From sequence record MZ501109: 64,000 nt of DNA; one strand, given 5' to 3'. A model generated the notes under the pieces. It saw only the letters and a list, made by a program, of their open reading frames with translations. It ran no database searches and was not told the origin of the DNA. Shown piece after piece: positions 1 through 10,363 of this stretch (positions within the stretch are counted from its first letter, which is position 1; each line of letters opens with the position of its first letter). Source of the stretch: Escherichia phage TrudiRoth. Made by a program: the position numbers and the translations under genes.

Positions 1-1058
1 GCAAGTACACAAGGTCCGCCCTCCGCTACATCTTTCTGGATTCTCAATCGATCATCCAAAGGAGTTGCACCTATAATCTCATAGGTTGTAACACCACGTT
101 GTGCGAGAGCTTCTAGTATTGTTTGAATTAGTTCTGTTCTATCACTTACAAAGAGAACCTTATGCCCCATAGACACATATAAATGAGCTAGATTTATAAT
201 AGTCTCTCGATATTCAGGATGGTTATACACATCGTTAGCACGTAATGCCCACGGTACGTTCTGGTTTCCTGATAACTCAACAGGCACGGAGTACCTATGG
301 ATTGTGGGTGGAACAGTGTTATTAACAGGCGGACTAAAGATCTTATATCCAAAGAAATCTTTGAACATAACTTGTAGGCCGTCTTTACGCTTTAACGTAC
401 CTGATAAACCAATCTTGTAGCGAGCACACGAGATCTCTAGAAAATTAGTGAAAGTTGTAGCCACACAGTGGTGAACTTCATCAACTATAACAGTACCGAA
501 CACCTTAGAAAGATTATTCGCATGTTTATTCACGGTTTGTATATTACTGACCACGATTGGTGGATCAATATTATACTTTCCAGAACCTATAATACCAGGC
601 TCGAATCCAAACCATTTACGAACTTCTGCAGCCCACATTTCACGAATGGATGTGTTGGTACAGATTACCAGAGTTTTCTGGCCAAACTTATATGCAAGAG
701 CTAGCGCTAAGATAGTTTTACCAAATCCAGGCTTACCATTAATAATACAAGTATCATCACACTCTTCATATATAGGAAGCTGATCTTCTTCACGTAGCTT
801 GAACTGAGGTTCTGGTATTTCTACTGGAGCTAACGTGCGTTTATCAACTAATTCGTATTTCACTCCCTTAGCATCTAGTAAATCCAGACGCGTAATGGGG
901 ATCCACTTAATCTCTTTAGCCACAACACCACTATTCTTATACATAATAGGGTATTTACTAGTCATTGTCTCAATGTGATAAGTGGTTTGCTTACTACAAT
1001 AATCCCAGAGTTCATCATCGGGCTTGAAATAGGCTTTATTAGATATAACAACCTTCAT
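1..1058 (-). CDS. SF2 (DEAH-box) helicase, partial; C-terminus lies beyond the window start
   Basis: Own translation from ATG at 1058: Walker A NGKPGFGKT and DEVH box VIVDEVHH; start overlaps stop of upstream gene (ATGA). Not in ORF track because truncated. Confidence 0.7.
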   Translation of the reverse strand, partial: MKVVISNKAYFKPDDELWDYCSKQTTYHIETMTSKYPIMYKNSGVVAKEIKWIPITRLDLLDAKGVKYELVDKRTLAPVEIPEPQFKLREEDQLPIYEECDDTCIINGKPGFGKTILALALAYKFGQKTLVICTNTSIREMWAAEVRKWFGFEPGIIGSGKYNIDPPIVVSNIQTVNKHANNLSKVFGTVIVDEVHHCVATTFTNFLEISCARYKIGLSGTLKRKDGLQVMFKDFFGYKIFSPPVNNTVPPTIHRYSVPVELSGNQNVPWALRANDVYNHPEYRETIINLAHLYVSMGHKVLFVSDRTELIQTILEALAQRGVTTYEIIGATPLDDRLRIQKDVAEGGPCVL

Positions 1059-1552
1059 AATTTTATTCTAAGTCTAGGAATTTCAGGCTCCTCTTGATGG
1101 ACTTGATAAATAACAGGGCTATTATTTACCAGAATATAGCTTATATAAGCTGGAACATAGGATAGCACGAATGGATACGGGACTTTAGCCACATAGCATT
1201 GATACTTTCCATTATAAATTCTTGCAGAATGCAGAACTTTAGACGTGATAACATCATAGAACGTAGTTTTCTTCCAGTTAATGAGATTTCCATCAGAATC
1301 TATGAACTGGCTACGCTTTGACCCAACTAATTGGGACAACATTGATATTCTACCACGAATAGGATAGAGCTTATAAGGTAATTCTTTCCGCTTCTCAAAT
1401 AAGGCTAACCTACGTTGAGAGAATGTGCCAGGCAACTCCCTGTTATCCAGCACATATTTATTATATCTTGTTGTAATTACGGAATAATCACCTTCCTGCT
1501 CAATTGATACAAACGCCCGTAAAGCATATACGGGCAATTTGAAATCAAGCAC
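1055..1552 (-). CDS. hypothetical protein (165 aa)
   Basis: ORF track; 8-nt overlap with polymerase gene, operon context. Confidence 0.55.
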   Translation of the reverse strand: MLDFKLPVYALRAFVSIEQEGDYSVITTRYNKYVLDNRELPGTFSQRRLALFEKRKELPYKLYPIRGRISMLSQLVGSKRSQFIDSDGNLINWKKTTFYDVITSKVLHSARIYNGKYQCYVAKVPYPFVLSYVPAYISYILVNNSPVIYQVHQEEPEIPRLRIKL

Positions 1553-4112
1553 CTAAAATCCTTTTCACATTATCCAGATCTTTACATACAGCAATAAACT
1601 TATCATCCTTGTACTTGCTGTGGTCTGGATGCTCTTTATCCATTGCAGCTAACTTCTTATACTCGAAATCTGCATCGAGTAATACACCCTTAACATAACG
1701 AGTATACTCATCATCATCAATACAAGCGATTGATGGGTGCTGTTTCTTCATCTTACCACAAGAGTAGTCACGAGAACCACCTTTCTCGGAATCAGAATCA
1801 ATACCGATTGGGCAGCCAGGGATACTAATACCACGATCCTTCTGGATGCTACGAATCAGAATCTCGTTATACTGATCGATCAGATCTTCACGTACAATGG
1901 CAACCACGGAGTCGTGAACCAACATGACGATCTTCATCTCTTTTCCTAGACCCAGTGACAGGATTTCTTCATCAGCATCAATAGCACCTAACAACAGGCT
2001 ATCAGAAGATGCAGACTGAATGATTGCGTTAAATCCAGAACGGATTTCTTCACCCTGAACACCACGATCTTCGGAATGGATGTTGTGCAGACGACGCTTA
2101 CGACCAAAGTGACTATAGATGAATCCAAAGTTCTTGATCTGATCGTGGCACTTATCAATCCAACGCTTAAGCTGAGGGAACTGACCGAAGTAAGTTTCGA
2201 TATAGTCCTTAGCATCTGCAACGGTACATTCAACAAACGGTTCGCCTGTCTTAGCAGCCTGTTCCAGAAGAGCTTCGTTAACAGAATGAGCTACTTTCGC
2301 TGGGCCAGAACCATACAGAATACCGAAGGTAATTGCCTTAGCAGCTTGACGCAGAGCTGGGAACAATTTCTTAACATCACGCGGTTCACAGGTCAGTTTA
2401 AATACCATGTGTGCGATGTTAGAGTGGAAGTCAGGGTATTTATCCGGCTCATTCTTCATGTTGATAAATACTTGTTGCATGTTTCTGTCACCAGACAGTA
2501 CAGCAGCGTAATAAACTTCCGCAGTTGTTAAGTCCCATGCGATTACACGGTATCCCGGAGGAGCTACTACACAACCCTTGATAATAGATTCATCACGTGG
2601 TAACTGTTGCAGGTTCAGCTTACCAGAAGAACTCAGACGACCAGAAGTAGTCATATGTTCATGGAAACCAGTACGAATGCAACCATCTGCATCGATGCTC
2701 AGAAGAATCTTCTCAACATAAGTAGAGATCAGCTTAGTCAGCTTACGAATCTCTAGCAGAGTTTTCGCAATCGGGTGCTGAGTAGCCAATTCATTCAGAG
2801 CTTCTGCGTTTGTAGAATCTGCACCTGTATCCGTCAATTTACCCGTTGGAGTCAAACCAACATAATCAAACAGAAGAACACGGAGTTGCTTAACAGAGTT
2901 CGGGTTAAACGCTTCGTTCTGATTCTTCTCCAGCTGAACGACTTCTGGATAAGTATACAGCTTCTCACGAGCCATATTTAATCGATGTGTCAACTGATAC
3001 TGAGCTTCTTTCAAGCGATCAACGGAAATCGGTACACCACGATCTTCAACACGTTGCAGGAATACACAACCAGGCATCAGAACTTCGTAGTATAGACTGC
3101 AAAGCTTTTCGTTCTTCTCAATTTTTGGTAAGAAGAAGTTATGCAGACGCAGAGTAGCATCGGTATCTTTTGCAGCATATGGCCACATAATATCAAAAGG
3201 AATCAGATCATAGCTGAAATCCTCTTTTTTGATCTTATGTGCCTTGCAATAATCATCCTTGAACTTATCCAGTTCAAAGTCATAGTCACCCATGTCAGTG
3301 TACTTCATAGCCAGAGATTTCAAGCCGTGAGTACCACGACGTTCATCGAGAACATAGTGTTGTAACATGGTATCGTGAAGTCTACGCTCTTTATGTGCTT
3401 TCTCGAAGGAAAGTCCTAGATGATAGGAGTAAAAGTGCATATCGAACTTCAAGTTATGAAAAACGATCTGATGATTCTTGCTATCCAGAATTTTCTGGAG
3501 ATAATGTACAGCTACTTCGGTGATGCTGTCAGAGTCAATATAGACACCCTGATACTCTTGGTGAGACATAGAAACACCAAGAAGATAACCATCACGAGCA
3601 TACAGAGCTGAGGTTTCGGAGTCGAATGCGATAGGTCCGATAACCATATTATACACCATCTTGATGTATTCTTCAGCTTCATCTGGATCAGTAATAGGAC
3701 GATAATCACCAGCTTTTGCAATCTTCTCACGACCATTAATAATGTCATGAATACTTTCAACAGTAGCATCGAAAACTGGTTTCATTTCAGGTTTAAAGTG
3801 TAGCTGAGCTGGACTAATACTTGCAATCCAGTTGGCATAGCCACCATGCTCTACACGTTTACCAGTATAATCACCTATACCTTTCTTACCTGCGAAATAC
3901 AGGAAAGGTTCAGCACCGACTAGCACAACAAAATCGTAATCGTTCGGATCGAACGGGTTATCTGGAGTTCCGATTGTAATATGCTTTTTCAGCAAACGAC
4001 CAGATAACTTCTCGTTACACATATGGAATACATCAACTTCCTCACCATAAAGCTGGAAGTGTTTATCATAACGAGTGTTATTTAGAGCTTTATCAACTAC
4101 TGCAATTTTCAA
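1545..4112 (-). CDS. DNA polymerase, family A (855 aa), with N-terminal 3'-5' exonuclease region
   Basis: Pol A motif B RQAAKAITFGILYG and motif C MLVHDS; 855 aa matches the size I recall for T5 DNA polymerase. Confidence 0.85.
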   Translation of the reverse strand: MKIAVVDKALNNTRYDKHFQLYGEEVDVFHMCNEKLSGRLLKKHITIGTPDNPFDPNDYDFVVLVGAEPFLYFAGKKGIGDYTGKRVEHGGYANWIASISPAQLHFKPEMKPVFDATVESIHDIINGREKIAKAGDYRPITDPDEAEEYIKMVYNMVIGPIAFDSETSALYARDGYLLGVSMSHQEYQGVYIDSDSITEVAVHYLQKILDSKNHQIVFHNLKFDMHFYSYHLGLSFEKAHKERRLHDTMLQHYVLDERRGTHGLKSLAMKYTDMGDYDFELDKFKDDYCKAHKIKKEDFSYDLIPFDIMWPYAAKDTDATLRLHNFFLPKIEKNEKLCSLYYEVLMPGCVFLQRVEDRGVPISVDRLKEAQYQLTHRLNMAREKLYTYPEVVQLEKNQNEAFNPNSVKQLRVLLFDYVGLTPTGKLTDTGADSTNAEALNELATQHPIAKTLLEIRKLTKLISTYVEKILLSIDADGCIRTGFHEHMTTSGRLSSSGKLNLQQLPRDESIIKGCVVAPPGYRVIAWDLTTAEVYYAAVLSGDRNMQQVFINMKNEPDKYPDFHSNIAHMVFKLTCEPRDVKKLFPALRQAAKAITFGILYGSGPAKVAHSVNEALLEQAAKTGEPFVECTVADAKDYIETYFGQFPQLKRWIDKCHDQIKNFGFIYSHFGRKRRLHNIHSEDRGVQGEEIRSGFNAIIQSASSDSLLLGAIDADEEILSLGLGKEMKIVMLVHDSVVAIVREDLIDQYNEILIRSIQKDRGISIPGCPIGIDSDSEKGGSRDYSCGKMKKQHPSIACIDDDEYTRYVKGVLLDADFEYKKLAAMDKEHPDHSKYKDDKFIAVCKDLDNVKRILGA

Positions 4113-4174
4113 ATTTAGTCTCCTTTTGGTAAGTAAGTATAACTTCAGTGTTTCTTCTCTAACTTACCAATATA

Positions 4175-5065
4175 TTATACCAAATCTTTGAGCGATTCGG
4201 CAACTAAAATTTCAATACGTTGAGCCAACATATCGATCTCTTCTTTATTTAAATCACCTGGGTCTTTACCTTCTGGAAGAAGGAAGTTACCAACTACAGG
4301 TGTTAAACGTGTTTTTGTACGAATTAGCTTCGCTAGTGCTTGAGCAGCTTTATTACCAGAGGCATCATTATCTAGCAAGATAACAACTACTCTTACTCCA
4401 GCAATAATGTAAGGACTGAACTTATCAGCAATGTTATCAGATGTAAACTGATGTGTACCAAAGCAGCAAGAAGCATAATCCACACCGTTGTCTTCTAGAT
4501 TTAACATATCAAAGATACCTTCAACTAGAACAAGAACTGGTGTATTATATCGTACGGGGAAAATCGGTGGTGAAACTTGTTTTGGTTTTACTAAGTATTT
4601 AGGAGGGGCAGAACTGTTTATAGAACGTCCCAGGAATAGGATATTGCGTCCAACAGCATCTGTTATTGGGAATACAATTCTGCCTTCCCAGTCTGCTTGA
4701 TGTTGGAAAGCAAAATATTTCTTCAAGGTCTTAGAACTGATACCTCGGAAATCACCTTCGAAAAGGTAAGCAGATTCAGGAATTGCAAGATTCGTAGATC
4801 CATTCCTAATCTCTGAAATCTTTTTACGTACTTGTGACAATCTTGGTGACTGTCTGTACTGAGTCTCATTAAAATAATGGTAAATGCTCGGTATTCCTCT
4901 ACCGAAGCCACAGCTCAAGCAATGCATAATACCTGATTCAGGATCAATACGCAAGCTTGGGTGTTTATCATCATGATCTGGATTGAGACAACAGATGAGG
5001 ATGTCCCCACCTGTGTCTTTGTATTCAATGCCTTTCAGATCAAGTAGTTCTGTTATTCTACTCAT
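4175..5065 (-). CDS. DNA primase (zinc-finger + TOPRIM type)
   Basis: Zn-binding CLNPDHDDKHPSLRI...CLSCG and acidic TOPRIM-like LVLVEGIFDM / ILLDNDASG. Confidence 0.7.
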   Translation of the reverse strand: MSRITELLDLKGIEYKDTGGDILICCLNPDHDDKHPSLRIDPESGIMHCLSCGFGRGIPSIYHYFNETQYRQSPRLSQVRKKISEIRNGSTNLAIPESAYLFEGDFRGISSKTLKKYFAFQHQADWEGRIVFPITDAVGRNILFLGRSINSSAPPKYLVKPKQVSPPIFPVRYNTPVLVLVEGIFDMLNLEDNGVDYASCCFGTHQFTSDNIADKFSPYIIAGVRVVVILLDNDASGNKAAQALAKLIRTKTRLTPVVGNFLLPEGKDPGDLNKEEIDMLAQRIEILVAESLKDLV

Positions 5066-6585
5066 ATATCACTGGCCTGTTCACCTGTTGAATTTTCAGC
5101 TTTGTCTTTCTTAGCACGTTTAGGTTGAGCTGGTTTATCCTTTTCAATAGGAATAACGAACTCAGCTTCCATTTGCGCAATATCTTCCATTGCTAGGTTG
5201 GTAGTGTTATCCATTCGCAGAGTTTCCCAGTTCATCTTAGGCATAAACTTCACGCTATCAGAGGAACGAGTCTTAACGAAGTCAAACATAATAGCACCTT
5301 GACCATTATCAGCTTTTGCAGCATTAAGGTTGGCAGCCATGTCCGCGGAATCTAGGATACCTTTAGACATACGCGTTCTACCATCTTGGTCAATCTGGTA
5401 AGGAGCAACACCAGCCACGTTATATTTCTGGCAGATAGATTTGAAAGACGAACTAACAACCATCTGTTCCTTCCAGTCATACATATCAATGGTCTTTGAA
5501 TCTGGAAGTCTTGTTTGGTTAATATAGTCTAGAAGGGCTACAGTAACCTTATCACCATACTTAGCAACTAGTTTATTTAATTCTACGTCAACCGTCGTAA
5601 TAGACAGTTCAGGATCGTAAACGATGATCATAGGAGTGTGAAGTTCATAGCTTTCAAGTAGTTTACTTTCCATATCATAGAAGTCACTCATTTTAGCCAT
5701 AGTGTATTGCTTAACGAAGTTATCGAAAAGCTCTTCACCACCATTAAACATCCTAGCCCTAGTTCTGGCTAATCTCAACAGAGCAGCACCTTCAAGAGTG
5801 TTATTACGCATTGCTAATGCAGATACTCCAGCCAACATAGCCAGATTACGTCTAAACACTTCGTGCTCTTTCATCTCAATTGAAAAATATGGAGCAATGT
5901 CTCCATTCAAATATTGCTGAACCTGTATGTTTGAACAGATAATGGATTTACCAGTACCACGCCAACCACCAAGCAGTAACGTTTCTGTGCGAGCTAAACC
6001 AATTTGAGCGTCGAACTCATTACAAATACCAAGAGCGATCAAGTTCAGTTTGGTATCTTCTTCTCTCTGGAAAATACGCATTGTGTCTGCGTTGAATACC
6101 TTTCCAGTATTCGTTACTTTCTCTTCTAATTTTAAGTGAAGGGAGGCAACTCGGTTGAGAATTTCTCCCTGATCCAGCATTGTTAAATCTTGAAGCACGT
6201 CTGTTTCTAGAAGTTTCAGGAATAGATCCTGTGTATATTCGGCTTCTAGGACTTCAAGCGCCTGTTCCATGCTCACTTCTGGAATTTGAGTGTTAGCTAA
6301 GACGATAAGAGCTTGAGAAAGGCGGGCGTTCCTATTGGCCTCAAGCATCAGTGCGTCAATGGACGGCATTGCGTTATATTTCTTATAATAATTCTGGACG
6401 GCTTGGTAAATTGAGGAGAAAGCGTCATTAAAATGATCTTTATGCAGTTTTGAGAATGTTTCCAATGCTATTTGCTTCTGTTCAGAAGCGAGAAGCATCT
6501 TCAACACTACAGCTTGCACGTTAAACAAGGTCATTCTCCTTTGCACGCTTTCGTGCCTTCTAAATGCAAAAAGGGGAAGGAGCAT
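5062..6585 (-). CDS. DnaB-like replicative helicase (507 aa)
   Basis: Walker A LLGGWRGTGKS and Walker B IIVYDPE; position next to primase. Start uncertain: annotated ATG lies inside a terminator-like hairpin, alternative ATG at 6534. Confidence 0.65.
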   Translation of the reverse strand: MLLPLFAFRRHESVQRRMTLFNVQAVVLKMLLASEQKQIALETFSKLHKDHFNDAFSSIYQAVQNYYKKYNAMPSIDALMLEANRNARLSQALIVLANTQIPEVSMEQALEVLEAEYTQDLFLKLLETDVLQDLTMLDQGEILNRVASLHLKLEEKVTNTGKVFNADTMRIFQREEDTKLNLIALGICNEFDAQIGLARTETLLLGGWRGTGKSIICSNIQVQQYLNGDIAPYFSIEMKEHEVFRRNLAMLAGVSALAMRNNTLEGAALLRLARTRARMFNGGEELFDNFVKQYTMAKMSDFYDMESKLLESYELHTPMIIVYDPELSITTVDVELNKLVAKYGDKVTVALLDYINQTRLPDSKTIDMYDWKEQMVVSSSFKSICQKYNVAGVAPYQIDQDGRTRMSKGILDSADMAANLNAAKADNGQGAIMFDFVKTRSSDSVKFMPKMNWETLRMDNTTNLAMEDIAQMEAEFVIPIEKDKPAQPKRAKKDKAENSTGEQASDI

Positions 6586-6600
6586 AGCCCCCTCCCCTTA
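6565..6600 (-). terminator. terminator-like hairpin after the abundant DNA-binding protein gene; overlaps annotated helicase start
   Basis: Minus strand aaggggaggg-ggctatgct-ccttcccctt followed by ttttgc. Confidence 0.45.
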
Positions 6601-6616
6601 GGTTTAATTTACCAGA

Positions 6617-7384
6617 TTATTCAGCAGCCGCAGCTTTTGCATCCAGTTTAGCACGCTTAGCAGCACCATCATAGTCCTTAGCAACCAGACCACGACGAGA
6701 CAGCATAGATTTAACACCGCGCTCAGACTTACCAGTTTTCTCAGCGATCTCAGCAACAGTCATGTTAGCCAGATCCAGACCTTCTAACAGATCTTCACGA
6801 GTCTTAGCACTTGATGTTTCCTGTACCGGCATAGCAGCGATACGACCTTCACGAAGCAGGCTCAGAGCTTTACCACGGATCTGCTTAATATTACGACCGA
6901 AGTGAGCAGCGATAGCTTCAATAGTAGCACCAGCAACAACCTGATTAACGAAATCAGTTTCTTCGTCAGGAGTGAAGGAACGAACAGCAGCAGCTTTTTC
7001 AGTTGGCTTAACAGAAGCAGTCATTTCCAGACTCAGGATCTTACCCTGTACCTGCTTAGCACCGAACTGACCACCAGCTACAGCAGCAGCGATTTCAGCG
7101 TAAGTATACTGACCAGCATGAGCGTTCAGGAAATCAACCAGTTCAGCTTCCTGCTCAGGAGTCCACGGGGATTTCTGTACTTCGTTAGCTTTCTGTACTT
7201 CGAAACCTTCTTTACGCAGCTTAGAGCCAACAGAGCGAGCGGTAACGTCTTTACCAGTCTCGGTAGCCAGTTCAGCAGCGATAGCAGCTACTTGTTCTTG
7301 AGAGATTACAGCAACACCCAGAGCAGTGGCTTTTGCTTTCAGAGACTCGGTTACACCTTCTACGTTCCAGTTCAGTTTAGACAT
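6617..7384 (-). CDS. abundant Ala-rich DNA-binding protein (255 aa), possibly the T5 D5-type DNA-binding protein
   Basis: Strong host-like high-expression codon usage (cgt/ctg/ggt/gct), repeated HTH-like segments, own terminator; size consistent with ~29 kDa. Confidence 0.45.
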   Translation of the reverse strand: MSKLNWNVEGVTESLKAKATALGVAVISQEQVAAIAAELATETGKDVTARSVGSKLRKEGFEVQKANEVQKSPWTPEQEAELVDFLNAHAGQYTYAEIAAAVAGGQFGAKQVQGKILSLEMTASVKPTEKAAAVRSFTPDEETDFVNQVVAGATIEAIAAHFGRNIKQIRGKALSLLREGRIAAMPVQETSSAKTREDLLEGLDLANMTVAEIAEKTGKSERGVKSMLSRRGLVAKDYDGAAKRAKLDAKAAAAE

Positions 7385-8159
7385 TATTATTTTTCTCCAA
7401 TAGTTCTTTAATCGACAGGATTTCTATCCCATTCGTTTCGGCTTTCTTATAAGATGAGGAAGAACGTTTTGATTCATCCTCACAGATTAGGTATTTGACG
7501 TCTTTGGTAACGGACTTCTTAACCGTATATCCTAGACTTTCTAAATAGTTTGTTGCATCCGTTCGATTTGCAAAATCTTGCAAAGATCCGGTAATACAGA
7601 CCGTGATTTCATTTGGTTGGGCAACTAAATCATCTGTAATGATGATATCAGCTTTAGTACCTCGAATACCAGTTGAGAATTTCCACGGTAATTCAATAAC
7701 ATCCTTGCCTTGTGGGGAATTTAGCCAGGTTTTGTAATTTTCTCCAGCCTTGCCGTCAGCCTTCACATCGTAGAAGCTAGTGCAATTTTGGGACAGTTTC
7801 TTTGCTGCAACCTCTCCAATAAGAGGAATTCCTAAAGAACCTAGAACTGAACCAAAGTCAATGTCTCCGCGAACCTTAGTATTTAACTCGCTAATCAACT
7901 TAGTGGCAACCTTGCTACCCACAGCTCCGACCAAATCTTCTTCGGTCAGGTAAAACAGTTCTGAGATCTTAGTCAGTTCCAGCTTCTCAATAGTTTTCGG
8001 GCCAAAGCCCTTTAACTTCATTTTTGTGCAGAAGTTCTCGATTAACTTACTTGATTGCGCTGGACAGTTGGACTTATTCCTACAGAATAATTGCCCGTTG
8101 ACAAGATCTAGCTTAGAACCACAAGAGGGACATTGTGTTGGAATTTCGATTTTCATCAA
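7377..8159 (-). CDS. NAD-dependent DNA ligase, C-terminal portion (Zn finger, HhH, BRCT)
   Basis: Begins with CPSCGSKL...C...C zinc finger, followed by HhH-like and BRCT-like segments. Confidence 0.8.
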   Translation of the reverse strand: MMKIEIPTQCPSCGSKLDLVNGQLFCRNKSNCPAQSSKLIENFCTKMKLKGFGPKTIEKLELTKISELFYLTEEDLVGAVGSKVATKLISELNTKVRGDIDFGSVLGSLGIPLIGEVAAKKLSQNCTSFYDVKADGKAGENYKTWLNSPQGKDVIELPWKFSTGIRGTKADIIITDDLVAQPNEITVCITGSLQDFANRTDATNYLESLGYTVKKSVTKDVKYLICEDESKRSSSSYKKAETNGIEILSIKELLEKNNNV

Positions 8160-8327
8160 ATTTCTTCCTTATCAATTTATATAAATATTATAGCAAGTAT
8201 TTAAGCATTTAGCAACTACAATTTTAACTAACTTTGCTTACCATCGCCATAACTTTCTATCCCTCAACTGAATGATAATAGTATATACCTAAGCGGCGAA
8301 AATGTCAATAGCTACTTTATAATTTTA

Positions 8328-8522
8328 CTATGGAGAACGGGCAAATTTACTATACGCACATTCATATCCTAGGGGTGTTAACATAATGTACACATTTCCT
8401 AGCTGCTTTTCCTTTGCTAGGCCAAGCTCTATAAGAGAAGTATAGTCACCAAGCATATCCCATACTTTAGTGGGACCATTCCAAAATAATTTCTCTAGTG
8501 CCTCGAGCATACTGCTATTCAT
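8328..8522 (-). CDS. hypothetical 64-aa ORF inside the spacer between the two ligase ORFs
   Basis: ORF track only; no recognisable motif. Confidence 0.3.
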   Translation of the reverse strand: MNSSMLEALEKLFWNGPTKVWDMLGDYTSLIELGLAKEKQLGNVYIMLTPLGYECAYSKFARSP

Positions 8523-9486
8523 AAACTCGCTCCACGATACAAGGTATTACACCACCAGCACGAATCACTCGAATCTGGCAACCGATCTCTAAATCGAGAG
8601 CGTTAATATAATCAACGTTATTAAGAGTTGCTTTAACAATTGTGGCATCATCAATAATCACCGGCTCGAAATAACCAACTGGAGTTACTTTACCAGAAGC
8701 CCCTACTTGCCATTCAACTTTAACAAGTGTGGTAATTTCGCCTTCTTCATCCTCTTTAATAGCAAATGCACCACGAGGAAATTTATTAGTCCAACCTTCA
8801 CGGAAGAATTTATTGTTGTCGTTAATGCGAACAACTTTACCATCTGTCGGAATCCATTTAAAGAAGGAACGAACATTAATAACTGTCAAGAAGTTCTCAT
8901 TCTCTAGCCAAAGCATATCTTTTAAATAGGCTTCTGTAATACCGACTGTTTCCGCTGAACACTGGATACCATATGCAACGAAGATTAAACCACCTTCACC
9001 AATACGTTGGATGAAATCATCGCTGTCTTTCAGGTTAATAGCACCTGAAGCGTAGTTACGCTTGTTCTCTACTTCTTTAGTAATGAGAACTTCACCAGTG
9101 ATTTGAGTTGGTACTTTTTGGGAAATAGTTTTGGGGATGTTCAGCATTTTAACATTATGCGTTACATCATTCCCTAGAATACCGTTACCACGAGTTAATG
9201 CTTGAACAAATTCACCATTAATATATAATAGAGAAATCGCACAACCATCTAACTTATCAGTTTCAACCTGACCTAATGGATTGAATGGAGCTTTATCACC
9301 ACGACCGTAATAGACTTTCTGCAAAGAATACATACGATACAAATGAGGAATATCACCTTTCGGTCCGATTTCTTCCTCTAGAGGGAATCTTTTAATCAGA
9401 CGATCATATTCTTCATCGGAAATAAGACTCATTCCCTGGTAGTACGCTTCTTGACAACGTTTGATAAAGTCTTTTACATTATTCAT
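8515..9486 (-). CDS. NAD-dependent DNA ligase, N-terminal portion (adenylation domain + OB fold)
   Basis: Ligase KxDG motif ETDKLDGCAIS; OB-fold end ...VIRAGGVIPCIVERV. Confidence 0.85.
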   Translation of the reverse strand: MNNVKDFIKRCQEAYYQGMSLISDEEYDRLIKRFPLEEEIGPKGDIPHLYRMYSLQKVYYGRGDKAPFNPLGQVETDKLDGCAISLLYINGEFVQALTRGNGILGNDVTHNVKMLNIPKTISQKVPTQITGEVLITKEVENKRNYASGAINLKDSDDFIQRIGEGGLIFVAYGIQCSAETVGITEAYLKDMLWLENENFLTVINVRSFFKWIPTDGKVVRINDNNKFFREGWTNKFPRGAFAIKEDEEGEITTLVKVEWQVGASGKVTPVGYFEPVIIDDATIVKATLNNVDYINALDLEIGCQIRVIRAGGVIPCIVERVYE

Positions 9487-9682
9487 CGTCTGTGATTTCC
9501 ATTTTGAGTTCTTTATTATACTGAGCAGCCATACCAGCCATACCAGCTAAATCAGCAGCTTCTTTCAACCACGCATCTTTGCACGCTTTCTGGTTTGGAA
9601 TGCCGATACTATCCTGATAGTTGATTCTTGCTATGGAGGGCAAATTAAATTTTGCTTGAATCTTTGGAAGTGTTATTGCCAT
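9479..9682 (-). CDS. hypothetical protein (67 aa)
   Basis: ORF track, operon context. Confidence 0.45.
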   Translation of the reverse strand: MAITLPKIQAKFNLPSIARINYQDSIGIPNQKACKDAWLKEAADLAGMAGMAAQYNKELKMEITDDE

Positions 9683-9970
9683 TTACTGTACCTCATATGC
9701 TTTAGGCTGAATAGTATCCCCCTGCCATGTAAAGTTCTTACATAAGCAAAGATAGGTAGTCCTTCCCACTCTTTGAGTTATTGGAGAGTAAATATCAGCA
9801 ACTAATGTGTTTGCTTCGTAAGCGAGAGATATAAGTTTATATCCCTGTCGAACCATACGTACCTTCTCTCCATTGAGCTTTTCTTCCCAGGAAAGAACTA
9901 AAGACTGTCCTATGTACGGTAAAGGTTTGAGTGGACTTATTTTTATCTTTTTCATATTCACCCCTCTCAT
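9683..9970 (-). CDS. hypothetical protein (95 aa)
   Basis: ORF track; canonical minus-strand promoter immediately upstream. Confidence 0.55.
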   Translation of the reverse strand: MRGVNMKKIKISPLKPLPYIGQSLVLSWEEKLNGEKVRMVRQGYKLISLAYEANTLVADIYSPITQRVGRTTYLCLCKNFTWQGDTIQPKAYEVQ

Positions 9971-9984
9971 TAATTTATATAACT

Positions 9985-10013
9985 ATTATATAAGAAAATA
10001 GGGATGAAAGCAA
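9985..10013 (-). promoter_or_regulatory. early-type sigma70 promoter (TTGCTT-17-TATAAT)
   Basis: Reverse complement reads tgtacTTGCTTtcatccctattttcttaTATAATagttatataaattaatgagagggg. Confidence 0.6.
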
Positions 10014-10022
10014 GTACATTTA

Positions 10023-10056
10023 TAAAGAAAAAGCCAAGAACTAGGCATTCTTGGCT
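10023..10056 (-). terminator. Rho-independent terminator
   Basis: 9-bp stem agccaagaa/ttcttggct followed by U-tract on minus strand. Confidence 0.6.
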
Positions 10057-10349
10057 TTGAGTTCTTCAGCTCGTTTCTGTACTTCATGCAAGACCTCTGA
10101 TTCACTGAGGATTTGCGTAAAAGCGTAGAATAGCTGTGATGTAGTTTCTAGGGTATAAGGAAAAGAGAAGCCTGATTTCGTTGGAAACCACTCTCCAGTA
10201 ATATCTTGGAGCCAGTAACGAATTCCCATGTATAGATTCCCACGAAATTCAGATACGGTTAGTCTTACTTGTTCCCCCTCCTTCTCCCAAAGCATGATGG
10301 ACTGGTCGTCAACGTGTCCTTCATAGTTTTGATTTACCTGATCGCTCAT
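10041..10349 (-). CDS. hypothetical protein (102 aa)
   Basis: ORF track. Confidence 0.55.
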   Translation of the reverse strand: MSDQVNQNYEGHVDDQSIMLWEKEGEQVRLTVSEFRGNLYMGIRYWLQDITGEWFPTKSGFSFPYTLETTSQLFYAFTQILSESEVLHEVQKRAEELKAKNA

Positions 10350-10363
10350 TTACATATCCCAAA

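Noticed and set aside
1737-3769. Seven short ORFs on either strand inside the DNA polymerase gene
   Set aside because: All lie within a long motif-supported CDS and lack RBS or promoter context.
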